DNA of 64,000 bases from an uncultured virus (IMG/VR IMGVR_UViG_3300043438_001628). Its lineage: Duplodnaviria; Heunggongvirae; Uroviricota; Caudoviricetes. Below, piece after piece: positions 17,152-25,990 of the stretch; position 1 is the stretch's first letter; the number at the start of each line of letters is the position of its first letter. Location: the IMG/VR virus record IMGVR_UViG_3300043438_001628. One strand, written 5' to 3'. A program made the position numbers and the translations under genes. Below the pieces are notes generated by a model. That model was given only the letters and a program-made list of their open reading frames with translations. It did no database searches and was not told the origin of the DNA.

Positions 17152-17977
17152 ATATTTTTATATCCTTTAAAAATCTTTTAATTACGTGTTTACTATACCC
17201 AGATTCTTGTAAAATTTCTGGAACTATTTTTCCATATGTTTTATATAAACGAATTATTAATTCCTGCGATTCGATATCAACCTCAACATAATTATTATTT
17301 TTTGATCCAAGTTTAGCATCTCGCATTCTTTGTAGACCAGCTTCACTAATGTTCACACGTTTTCCGTTTACTAATTTATTTTTATGCGTTGTGGACATTT
17401 TAGATTTAATTTGTTCTGCTTTTTCGTTATATTTCTCATCATATGACATTTTCAACCATTCTTTATGATTCTGATCATTATGTAATTCTTTAGCGCATCT
17501 AGATAAACCCGCCTTTAATTCTATTGCCTTTTCCACGCCATACAATTCTTCGTATGTTTTTCCACATCTAGATTTATTAATTTCGGAAATTTTATTGTAA
17601 TGATCTTCTGATAATGGACCTTTTGCAATTCCTTTAGTTGCGTTGGATATTTTAGTTTTAGTCTCTTCTGTATGTTTGTAACCAACTGTGCCATCACCTC
17701 CAATCGTCATATTATAACCATTAGTGAAGGCATTGTATTTTTCAATATACTCTATCTCTTTAGAATTCAAAATTGCAAAGTCACACACGCTGTCTTCTAT
17801 AATTTCCCATGTAAAATTATCCCATCCATATTTTCTAATAGATCTGTAAAAATAATTCGGAAGATTTTTTGTAAGAGCGTTGTGCTTATGAACACTCTTT
17901 CTTTTTTGAAGAGTTTGAGATGTTATTCCAATGTAATGTTTTTTTGTAATGATATTAGTGCATAAGTAAACAATCAT
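17093..17977 (-). mobile_element. Free-standing GIY-YIG homing endonuclease with NUMOD3-like segments
   Basis: IVYLCTN...YIGIT...R...E...GYNMTIGGDG and HTEETKTKIS. Confidence 0.85.
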
Positions 17978-17981
17978 ATGA

Positions 17982-18023
17982 TTATTTATCCTTTCGCATT
18001 ACAATTACTTGCTTCGTGTTCAT
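17982..18023 (-). pseudogene. Orphaned original 5' end of pth2 (MNTKQVIVMRKDK*)
   Basis: Homologous to NTKMVIVVRK of 16732-17151; sits directly behind a motif B promoter. Confidence 0.75.
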
Positions 18024-18031
18024 CTGCGTCT

Positions 18032-18053
18032 ATTCTAGTTTAACGTTTTATTA
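18032..18053 (-). promoter_or_regulatory. Motif B early promoter
   Basis: TAATAAAACGTTAAAC-TAGAAT-8 nt-ATG. Confidence 0.7.
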
Positions 18054-18252
18054 CTGAAACATCATTTCGACCTATTGAAAGATTTTTCTGTATTCTTATT
18101 TCCGAATTTTTAAAAGTCCAACACTCCCCATTTTCATTCAAGAAAACAACCCACAGTAAATCATGCTCTTGAGAGTAATCAATTAGAAAATGAGCGAATC
18201 CTTTCCCTTTCGGAGTTTCGAGAGGGAGTGTTGGATTTAATTGGTGAATCAT
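18040..18252 (-). CDS. Conserved phage hypothetical protein
   Basis: QLNPTLPLETPKGKG...IDYSQEHDLLWVVF...GECWT. Confidence 0.75.
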   Translation of the reverse strand: MIHQLNPTLPLETPKGKGFAHFLIDYSQEHDLLWVVFLNENGECWTFKNSEIRIQKNLSIGRNDVSVIKR

Positions 18253-18608
18253 TTCTGATTCAATCTATAAATTAGATGATTGAATTCTCCCTCAATCTCA
18301 TCGCAGATATTTTTAAGATCTCCAGAATCATTAGAGATTGCTTGGAGGTAATCTACAAATTCACTTTTAAATTTTGAATATTGCGGGATTAGATCCCCTG
18401 AATACGATGAAAGTGTGATCTTGTAAGATGTCAAAGTATCTGGATATCCACCGTGTCCGTAAAAGTGTTCTATGTATTTGTCAAAAAGATCATCCAATGC
18501 ATCGTATGCAATTCCTAGAGCGGTATGTTCCGCATGCCTTCTTGTTTGTAGGTGATCAATTTTTAATTTATTTAAAATTCCGAAAAATGCAGTTAGATTT
18601 AAGTTCAT
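18249..18608 (-). CDS. Ferritin/Dps-like four-helix protein (DUF5856-like)
   Basis: HLQT..HAEHTALG..YD.L..LFD..IE pattern. Confidence 0.65.
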   Translation of the reverse strand: MNLNLTAFFGILNKLKIDHLQTRRHAEHTALGIAYDALDDLFDKYIEHFYGHGGYPDTLTSYKITLSSYSGDLIPQYSKFKSEFVDYLQAISNDSGDLKNICDEIEGEFNHLIYRLNQK

Positions 18609-18626
18609 TGTGATAGTTGTTTGGTT

Positions 18627-18830
18627 TTAGTTTAGTGAGTGTTTATTCAAACGATCAATGTCAGACTTTAGCTTGTTATTTTGAACTTGCAAGTGTAAAT
18701 TATCACCCGCTAGTTCAACTAATCGATGAGAAGCTTCTAGGATTGCAGCATTTGCAATTCCGTCATCGCTTTCAATGGATTCTGATAAGATCCTCATTGC
18801 TTCTGCTAATATATATGTGTCAGTTTTCAT
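18627..18830 (-). CDS. Hypothetical protein (start trimmed to MKTDTY)
   Basis: ATG lies at the end of the 39-bp repeat. Confidence 0.6.
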   Translation of the reverse strand: MKTDTYILAEAMRILSESIESDDGIANAAILEASHRLVELAGDNLHLQVQNNKLKSDIDRLNKHSLN

Positions 18831-19183
18831 ACCAAGGGTCATTGTCTTCTCGCCATTCAGCGATTTGTTCAGAAGAATCACTTTTGCGGATATGCCCATT
18901 CGAGCATGATCCGCCATGCGGTGATTCTTCGGGCTTTCTGTCCTGTTGCGTCAGTAATGACAGTGTATGCCAACAAAATGGTGTTTCGGTATCCTTTAGC
19001 GTCCGTGATCCACCATCCTTCGCGGTCGTAATTCACACGGACAAGCCAGCCGAATATCCAACGCATCCACTGAAATGAAGACGCTGCGGAAGTTGGTTGT
19101 AGATTCAGAGCTTTCATTTCTGTGTGGATGTATTTTGATCACTCTCATACCAAGGGTCATTGTCTTCTCGCCATTCAGCGATT
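18827..19183. repeat. Perfect 39-bp direct repeat (18827-18865, 19145-19183) flanking a GC-richer 279-bp insert
   Basis: tcataccaagggtcattgtcttctcgccattcagcgatt occurs twice. Confidence 0.9.
18878..19117 (-). CDS. Hypothetical Trp-rich protein within the insert
   Basis: ATGA overlap with 19114-19788 stop. Confidence 0.45.
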   Translation of the reverse strand: MKALNLQPTSAASSFQWMRWIFGWLVRVNYDREGWWITDAKGYRNTILLAYTVITDATGQKARRITAWRIMLEWAYPQK

Positions 19184-19788
19184 GTTGAAGAGATGTTGTT
19201 CAGGATACTGATCAAATCGCTTCTGTCAAAGATTGCAGGCTTATTATGAATCAGATTGTCGATAGTGTCAATCATTTTCTGAGTCTTAGACGGATGCTTC
19301 TTTCGAAGCTCCACCATTCGCTTTTTGTTTTCTTCCCAAGCTTTTATACGAGCTTCTTCACGATCATCAATTTCTTCTTGACTAAGTTTTCGAGGCAGCT
19401 TGATTTCAATAGGAATAATTTTTAAAACTTTACCATTCTCAACAATCGCCTTATAGAGAAATAACCCTGTTTCATAATGATTATTATATCCGTATCCGTA
19501 GTCATATTCAGGATGACGACGATAATCGTAGAACTCAAAGCTTCCGCTGTAATTAGACTGGAATACCCACTCTTCGCCCAGCTCATTCTCGATAAATCCA
19601 GTTGGACTATCTGAGCATTCTTTCCATTCAGAGACAATCCGCTCCAACAGGAGATGTCCATCCACTGTGATTTTATACCTCGCCATGCCTTGACATGGTG
19701 TTTCCTTGCTTTGAAAGCTCTGGACTTTGTATCCTTCAGGATAAGCAGGCAGAGGCATATCACAAATTACTGTATCGAACATTCCCAT
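19114..19788 (-). CDS. Conserved phage hypothetical protein
   Basis: MGMFDTV.C...FQSK N-terminus. Confidence 0.75.
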   Translation of the reverse strand: MGMFDTVICDMPLPAYPEGYKVQSFQSKETPCQGMARYKITVDGHLLLERIVSEWKECSDSPTGFIENELGEEWVFQSNYSGSFEFYDYRRHPEYDYGYGYNNHYETGLFLYKAIVENGKVLKIIPIEIKLPRKLSQEEIDDREEARIKAWEENKKRMVELRKKHPSKTQKMIDTIDNLIHNKPAIFDRSDLISILNNISSTIAEWREDNDPWYESDQNTSTQK

Positions 19789-19800
19789 TTTTTTAATTTT

Positions 19801-19902
19801 TTATTTAACTCCTTTGATCAAAACACTAATAATGCAACCAGCAGAGTATGCAAGGGCAAACCACATCAGCAAATCAATAAACTCAAATTTGATTATATCC
19901 AT
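19801..19902 (-). CDS. Small membrane peptide (33 aa)
   Basis: MDIIKFEFIDLLMWFALAYSAGCIISVLIKGVK. Confidence 0.45.
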   Translation of the reverse strand: MDIIKFEFIDLLMWFALAYSAGCIISVLIKGVK

Positions 19903-19906
19903 ATTT

Positions 19907-20059
19907 TTATTTTGATTGTGCTATAATAAGTCCAATATTGGCTAGTGAATAGCCACCCCATACAAATGCCCAAGCATACTCACCTTTTAAAAGGTAGCTG
20001 ATTGCTACAATTGCATACAGTATAAACACTGAAAATATAACTATACTTTCAAAGTTCAT
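19907..20059 (-). CDS. Small membrane protein (50 aa)
   Basis: ...AFVWGGYSLANIGLII; overlaps rmlB stop. Confidence 0.6.
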   Translation of the reverse strand: MNFESIVIFSVFILYAIVAISYLLKGEYAWAFVWGGYSLANIGLIIAQSK

Positions 20060-21077
20060 CAGTTGATTGAAGATTTCCATATTTTCGTTTATAAAAATTA
20101 ACAGTTCTCGTTAGAGCGTCATCAAAATCTTCCAATGGTGTAGAAAATTGAAAAGATTTAGATTCGATAGCGTACCTGAAATCGTGACCCTTGCGGTCTT
20201 GGACGAACTCAATCGCATCGGACAATTTCAGTGTGCCACAATCATCAAATTTGTCAATCACTTTTTGAATCAATTGAAGATTTGTCAGCTCCACACCGGT
20301 TCCTATGTTGTAAATACCTCCCGAAACCCCACGATCAGCAACCTCTAGAACATACTTATTGTGATCTTTTACATAAATCCATTCTCTGATATTTGAGCCT
20401 TCTCCATAAACTGGAATTTTTTCTTTATTAACGAGTTTTCTAAGAATGGTTGGTATGAATTTTTCATCATACTGATTCTCCCCATAATTATTACAACATC
20501 TAGTCACCATAACATCAAGTCCAAATGTGTGATGGTATGATAATGAAATCAAATCAGAAGCTGCTTTAGAAGCAGCATATGGACTTCTTGGATTTAAAAT
20601 TGATTCTTCCGTGAATGGTTCATCTGAAAGATTCAAATGACCATAAACTTCATCGGTGGATATGTTGATAATTCTAGGGTTATGCTTTTGATTCTCTAAA
20701 ATAGACTGCATAAGATTCGCAGTTCCAATTGCATTATTAGTAATAAAATGCGTTGGATTATTAATACTTCTATCTACATGAGACTCTGCTGCAAAATGGA
20801 ATATATAATCAAACTTATACTTATTTGTAATATAATCTATTTCTTCTTTATCAATTAAATCAATTTTATTAAATTGATATTTACAATTATCAATATCTAT
20901 AAATTCAATAGGTATTGTATCTTCATCTGGATATATTTCTCTAGATCCGATTCCTAATTTATCAACATTTATTATTGATACATTATTATAATTATCAATA
21001 ATATATTCTACAAAATTACTTCCAATAAATCCTCTACCCCCAGTTACTAACAATGTTTTTCCATTTAAATCTATCAT
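20049..21077 (-). CDS. rmlB: dTDP-glucose 4,6-dehydratase
   Basis: VTGGRGFIGSNF, HFAAESHVDRSI, STDEVYG, PYAASKAA, DRKGHDFRYA. Confidence 0.93.
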   Translation of the reverse strand: MIDLNGKTLLVTGGRGFIGSNFVEYIIDNYNNVSIINVDKLGIGSREIYPDEDTIPIEFIDIDNCKYQFNKIDLIDKEEIDYITNKYKFDYIFHFAAESHVDRSINNPTHFITNNAIGTANLMQSILENQKHNPRIINISTDEVYGHLNLSDEPFTEESILNPRSPYAASKAASDLISLSYHHTFGLDVMVTRCCNNYGENQYDEKFIPTILRKLVNKEKIPVYGEGSNIREWIYVKDHNKYVLEVADRGVSGGIYNIGTGVELTNLQLIQKVIDKFDDCGTLKLSDAIEFVQDRKGHDFRYAIESKSFQFSTPLEDFDDALTRTVNFYKRKYGNLQSTDEL

Positions 21078-21084
21078 AATAATG

Positions 21085-21112
21085 ATATTATCCTATCAAT
21101 GGGGATTGTCAA
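21085..21112 (-). promoter_or_regulatory. Sigma70-type promoter heading the leftward early region
   Basis: TTGACA-N16-TAATAT-N7-ATG of rmlB. Confidence 0.65.
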
Positions 21113-21138
21113 GCCTGAATTTTCAACTAAATACAATA

Positions 21139-21627
21139 ATGGATGATTATTATGATAATGACGAGCTTGATGAGGTTGCATCAAATATCCTAGATCAGAT
21201 AAAAAATCAAGGAAAGAGCTTGAAAACAATTGAAAAAGAATATCCAGAATTGACGACAGATCAGGTTGATAGCTTCGTTCTCAAGTATGGCTCAATGGCT
21301 GTTATTGACCTCTCAGAAGCCTTGAAAGATCAAGCTGAGATAGTCAGGCAGACAGGAGACGCAAATCAAGTATTAGCGCTCTCAGAGCTTGCTAAATCGT
21401 TTCAGGGGAATTTAGAGGTATTGCAAAAGCGCAGTATCGCTGACAAGAAAAATGAAACCGCTGTGAAGATAAAAACAATGGACATCGAAAGCAAGAAAGA
21501 GATTCAAGAAAAAGATGAATCTCATCGCTTGATGATGAGCAGAGAAGAATTGTTCAAGATGTTGGTGATCCAACAAACAGAAGATCAGAAAAAAATCAAA
21601 AACAGCAAAAAGGTAATTGACATTTAA
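21139..21627 (+). CDS. Late protein, possibly terminase small subunit (gp16-like)
   Basis: TAAATA box 5 nt before ATG 21139; helical core (LSELAKS) and C-terminal SREELFKML resemble T4-like gp16. Confidence 0.45.
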   Translation: MDDYYDNDELDEVASNILDQIKNQGKSLKTIEKEYPELTTDQVDSFVLKYGSMAVIDLSEALKDQAEIVRQTGDANQVLALSELAKSFQGNLEVLQKRSIADKKNETAVKIKTMDIESKKEIQEKDESHRLMMSREELFKMLVIQQTEDQKKIKNSKKVIDI

Positions 21628-22560
21628 TCATTGTATACCAAGCTGTCCTTGGTTCGTGCTTAAGTCATACTCTGTGTTTTTATCGGCGTTTTCTATTTTT
21701 AGAGTACTTTCTCTACGAGAGAAAGAATCATTGATGTCTCCCAAAATATCAACTTCAACTTCTTGGAATATTTCATCCCCTTCACGGAGTAATTTATTAA
21801 TAGTGTAATTTTTACTGGTTGAATCATTCAATTCTGGATCAAACGGATTGTATGATTTTTTATCTTCGAATATTCTAAAATCCGATTCCCCGACATACTC
21901 CTTGACTTTTTCAAAAATAGGTTTACTAACTTCTTCGAGAATTTTACCAAATTGAACATCTTTAACGCAATAAGATCCATGCGCTTTAGATTGCCATTCT
22001 CCAGAAGGTTCTGTGTCGTATCTCAGCTGTGGATTTTTGTCAGCTAATTGCAAAGTATTATCCATGAATATGGATGATTTCATACCAGATCGAAATATGT
22101 CTTCTGCTTTAGAAGTAGCTGATGTGGTTTGATTTTGTAGAAATTTAGGAATTTTATTATAGATATCGACATTAACACCGAGAGGGTATGTGGTGTTTTC
22201 GATTATAGCTGTATTGAGAGATGTTTTTTCAACATTTCCACAGGTTCCTAAAATATTAGGAGTTGATTTGAAATATTTCTTACCTTCTGATAATGTTTTA
22301 GTGTATTGACCCAAAGGCCCAGTCAACAATTGAGATACATAGTATTGTATACTGTATTCATCCAGTTCATCACCTTCTTCATCTAATTTGTTAATGAATA
22401 ACTCAAGTTGATTTAAACCAAGTTCATATATTTTTTTAAATTCCTCCATGAACTCTTCATCTTTCAAAGAGAACGAATCAATTTCAGAAAGATTTAATAT
22501 ATTGTTTAAATCTACACTAGTAAATTCGATAGATCTTAGTATTTCTACTTTATTTCTCAT
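21628..22560 (-). CDS. Hypothetical protein in baseplate operon
   Basis: 310-aa ORF, overlap-coupled. Confidence 0.7.
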   Translation of the reverse strand: MRNKVEILRSIEFTSVDLNNILNLSEIDSFSLKDEEFMEEFKKIYELGLNQLELFINKLDEEGDELDEYSIQYYVSQLLTGPLGQYTKTLSEGKKYFKSTPNILGTCGNVEKTSLNTAIIENTTYPLGVNVDIYNKIPKFLQNQTTSATSKAEDIFRSGMKSSIFMDNTLQLADKNPQLRYDTEPSGEWQSKAHGSYCVKDVQFGKILEEVSKPIFEKVKEYVGESDFRIFEDKKSYNPFDPELNDSTSKNYTINKLLREGDEIFQEVEVDILGDINDSFSRRESTLKIENADKNTEYDLSTNQGQLGIQ

Positions 22561-23399
22561 AGAGTCCTACCTTTTTTAAATTTCGAAGATTCATCTGCTA
22601 TTATTTTAGAATTTCGATTCATGCGTTTCACAACACCATCTTCTCCACCTTCGCTTATTCTTTTCTTGTATTCTTTATGTATCAAATATGTTTTTGATGC
22701 ATTTTCAAATTCTCCTCGCTTTATTTGTTTAACGAAATTAAAATCATCTTTGCTGTTTGGTTTGAAAAGATCTCCTCTGAAACTTATATCAACCAGCGCC
22801 TTTTTCAGTTCTGGACTAAATGAATCCCATTGATTTCCAAATTTACGCTTCGCCAAATTCATATGCTTGATTACATCCTTATCAAACATTTTGACAACAT
22901 CAGACATTGATATACTTGGACCATTTCTCTTTACGAAATTTTCCATATCTGAATACGATCCCCTTCCTATCAAATGCCCTATACCTATTGTCCATAGTCC
23001 GGCATCATCTTGATACGGCTTTAAAAACTTTTTATTTTTTGGATTCTGTAAAGAGTTTCCATATATTTCACTTGGCATGATGAAATTTCTAAAATCATCA
23101 ATTTCAAGATCTGGTTGAATATCATATCTTTTTAAAGGTTTTACCAAAATAGCTTTCGGTTTGATCGGTTCGTTCGGTGAATATTTCTGCAATATCGCAT
23201 TCATAGTATTATCAAATTCACTATCATTTGATAACTCCTTAGCCTGTTCAACCGCTTTTATTTTATTTTTTAAAGGTTCATCACTGGCATTGAACTTATC
23301 CATAGCATACTTTATTCCACCACCCGCCATAGTGGTAGCTAACAATGCCATTACTAGATTTTTTACGCTTTCGTCGATTTGTTCTTGTGTTAATTTCAT
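22557..23399 (-). CDS. T4-lysozyme-like (GH24) muramidase with N-terminal leader
   Basis: E...PYQDDAGLWTIGIGHLI; ALVDISF; R..RN. Confidence 0.8.
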   Translation of the reverse strand: MKLTQEQIDESVKNLVMALLATTMAGGGIKYAMDKFNASDEPLKNKIKAVEQAKELSNDSEFDNTMNAILQKYSPNEPIKPKAILVKPLKRYDIQPDLEIDDFRNFIMPSEIYGNSLQNPKNKKFLKPYQDDAGLWTIGIGHLIGRGSYSDMENFVKRNGPSISMSDVVKMFDKDVIKHMNLAKRKFGNQWDSFSPELKKALVDISFRGDLFKPNSKDDFNFVKQIKRGEFENASKTYLIHKEYKKRISEGGEDGVVKRMNRNSKIIADESSKFKKGRTL

Positions 23400-23400
23400 A

Positions 23401-24717
23401 TCAATCTACTTCATTATCGATTTTACTAGTTGTTCCAACATAAGTCTTTGTACAGTATAATTCATTGAAATATGTGTCATTTATAAATACATGTCTGATT
23501 TCAGTTATAAACCATCTACCTAAAAGCTTTTCATCGCTTTTTAATTTTTGTTTTTTGGTTTTGTATATATCTACAAACTTACCAGCTTTTCTAGAGCTAT
23601 CCCCTATATTTGAAAAATACACTTGTAAATTGTAGAATATCAAACTCATATTTAATTCAGATTCTACCATTCCAATATTATTTTCAAGCGGGTATGGTAG
23701 TTTAAAGTGTTTGAATTTTTTAGGGGCTGTATTGTTTAATACAATGAAAGGTTTCGGTTTACCTCCTATTGAACTGAATACATCGACAAACTTTTTTGTC
23801 CACTTATCTTTAATATCCTTGATATCAATTTTTTTGATAAGCATTTCTCCCAATATATTATCATATCCGTGAACTAGTCTGCTTATAAAGAAATTATTAT
23901 TGATATCATGAGCTGGTGTAGAGCATGCGAAATTTCTATTGCCGCTTATGTATTCACCAGTTTCTGCGTCAGGTGGTGGATTGTTTTCGTTTTCCGTTTC
24001 GAATTTGTTTGTTAAATCTCCAAGAGCAAACGCTTCCAATAGATGTTTCTTGTTGTCCTTGAATATATTTGAAATGAGGGGGAATTCAAATTTTTTAATT
24101 TCAGGATTGTAATTTAAAAATGCCTTTACATGTAAATCTCCATCCTTAGCATAGAAATAATTCAACATTTCGTTTATAAAATCTATGTATCTCCAAGAAA
24201 CATTTGGTGAGTATACTATATCAAAATCACCGGATTCCCATTCATCTTCGTTTACTAAATCGTCTCCTAATAATTCTTTGAAAATATCTTTTATGATATC
24301 TCCAATCTTTCCAGAAAATACTTTCCCATACGGTATTTGTTCTAAAAATGGTAGTATGTTTTTATCTACTATATTATAGATTTTTATATTTTCAGCTCTC
24401 GTGTTTGGGTTGCCAGCGTTTTGATCTTCGGTTATAACAAATGTATTTTCGTATTTTTTAATCTCCGGTTGATCTTTGGCACGAAACATTATTTTGATTT
24501 CATCTCTACCATCACCGCGAAGAAGAAATTCGTTTTCTATGAAATCGTATGGATTTGCAATTGATATAGTTCCACTTTCAAATGGTTCAAATATATTACA
24601 TCTAATTGTCATTCCTAGAATAGCAGACTTTGTGAATTCAATTTCCTGCTTGTCAGCATTGGTAAGTTTGAATTCACATTCGTATTCTACATCATTTATT
24701 TTATATACTTGAGCCAT
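23401..24717 (-). CDS. Baseplate hub protein (gp27-like, inferred)
   Basis: NIFEPF..G.I.I N-terminus, G.W.ITEIRHVF C-terminus, position next to gp53. Confidence 0.55.
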   Translation of the reverse strand: MAQVYKINDVEYECEFKLTNADKQEIEFTKSAILGMTIRCNIFEPFESGTISIANPYDFIENEFLLRGDGRDEIKIMFRAKDQPEIKKYENTFVITEDQNAGNPNTRAENIKIYNIVDKNILPFLEQIPYGKVFSGKIGDIIKDIFKELLGDDLVNEDEWESGDFDIVYSPNVSWRYIDFINEMLNYFYAKDGDLHVKAFLNYNPEIKKFEFPLISNIFKDNKKHLLEAFALGDLTNKFETENENNPPPDAETGEYISGNRNFACSTPAHDINNNFFISRLVHGYDNILGEMLIKKIDIKDIKDKWTKKFVDVFSSIGGKPKPFIVLNNTAPKKFKHFKLPYPLENNIGMVESELNMSLIFYNLQVYFSNIGDSSRKAGKFVDIYKTKKQKLKSDEKLLGRWFITEIRHVFINDTYFNELYCTKTYVGTTSKIDNEVD

Positions 24718-25115
24718 TAAAAATGTCTTCCTCCGAAAATTGTCGCGTTTGTTATGTCTAGATAAAGTAATCCACGAATGGATGGCTTTATGTATGCTAA
24801 TTGTGTACCGCCCTCAACATAAAATGGCGCTCCACTGAATTTATCTTTGTTTAATAAATATAATATCCACCAACTTTTAATATCTTCGTATATTCTATAT
24901 GAAACTGTTGTCAAGGCTGTTCTTGATAAGACATCATAGTATTCTATATATTGGTTATCTAGAGTTGGGAACTCTATTTTCTTGAGAGTATTATATGTAT
25001 AAAACTCCTTGTCGTCCAATGATAGTTTAAAAACTTTAAATATACGCTCGTAATCCGTGATATCAAGAGCGCTCAAAGATGGTATTTGATTTCTATATTC
25101 TCCTACATCAGTCAT
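24717..25115 (-). CDS. gp53: Baseplate wedge gp53-like (LysM-like)
   Basis: TTVSYRIYEDIKSWWILYLLN. Confidence 0.7.
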   Translation of the reverse strand: MTDVGEYRNQIPSLSALDITDYERIFKVFKLSLDDKEFYTYNTLKKIEFPTLDNQYIEYYDVLSRTALTTVSYRIYEDIKSWWILYLLNKDKFSGAPFYVEGGTQLAYIKPSIRGLLYLDITNATIFGGRHF

Positions 25116-25118
25116 ATA

Positions 25119-25976
25119 TTATTTTACCTCGTCTAAGAAGTTTGAAACTTCAATTGTTAGTGGTTTGAATGATATACTTATGCTATAAGCTTCTGGTATA
25201 ATAACACCGTCTATCATACGAGTGGTTCCTTCAGTGTTGATTGCTAATGTTTCAACATATGCCCATGGCATATATCTATACCCAAGAAGTTTGACTCTGT
25301 ATATTCTAGGAGGATCTAAAGAAATAGCATCATTTCGCTTTGGCTTATTTATTTCAACTAGTTTTTTAACCAATTCGTAATTTTTCATAAAATCAGAATT
25401 GATCGTGTTTGCCAGTTTAAAATTAACTGTTAATGGCCCTTCACTAGCACTTGAATAATCATAGAATTTTGGTTTTTCTATATATGTACCAGCAGCGCCT
25501 CCAGCATCTTTGAGACCAGTCAATAATGAACTCGCAGCTCCTTTAATATTAAAATTCATAAGATTTGACGCAATATTAGATCCTTGTCCTGCAACATCTC
25601 CAATAACATCTCTAGCGAAACGAAAAGCCCCAGCTGCTTGGTCAGCTTTGCCTTCAAGCTCACCCATTATAGAGTTTATCTTATCACTGCCCCTGAATGT
25701 ATCGTCGAATGTGTTACTGACATTTCTCAATGCACTGTCAAAGTATGGAAAGTTGAATGCATCTTCTTGTTCAGTGGCCTCGCCATACATCTTTTCATAG
25801 AATTCTTTAGATGAAGCTCCTGATCCGACTTGTATATAATTTTTTATTCTGTTTAAAAGAGCGTTTGATTTCAATTTATACGATTTTACAAATAATCTAG
25901 GAGCTTTACTGCGCAACGCGGCACCTCTAGGTATTGTAGTCCAATCGTAGTCCTTTATTATATTATAGTTAGCCAC
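25119..25976 (-). CDS. Baseplate-tail tube junction protein (gp48-like)
   Basis: Tube-fold C-terminus (PPRIYRV...IPEAYSISISF); GTG start behind TAAATA. Confidence 0.5.
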   Translation of the reverse strand: MANYNIIKDYDWTTIPRGAALRSKAPRLFVKSYKLKSNALLNRIKNYIQVGSGASSKEFYEKMYGEATEQEDAFNFPYFDSALRNVSNTFDDTFRGSDKINSIMGELEGKADQAAGAFRFARDVIGDVAGQGSNIASNLMNFNIKGAASSLLTGLKDAGGAAGTYIEKPKFYDYSSASEGPLTVNFKLANTINSDFMKNYELVKKLVEINKPKRNDAISLDPPRIYRVKLLGYRYMPWAYVETLAINTEGTTRMIDGVIIPEAYSISISFKPLTIEVSNFLDEVK

Positions 25977-25990
25977 ACTATTATTTAATG

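Noticed and set aside
17093..17981. Group I intron in pth2
   Set aside because: The endonuclease ORF fills the whole insert, leaving no room for a ribozyme core, and the pth2 5' codons are duplicated rather than simply split
888..18053. Motif B contains GTTAGAC/GTTAAAC, matching the integron core site GTTRRRY
   Set aside because: No paired inverse core or attC hairpin, two copies break the consensus (GTTAGAG, GTTAGAA), and no integrase is in the window
1731..20348. Many short plus-strand ORFs in the early region
   Set aside because: They overlap tightly packed minus-strand genes in antisense and have implausible composition
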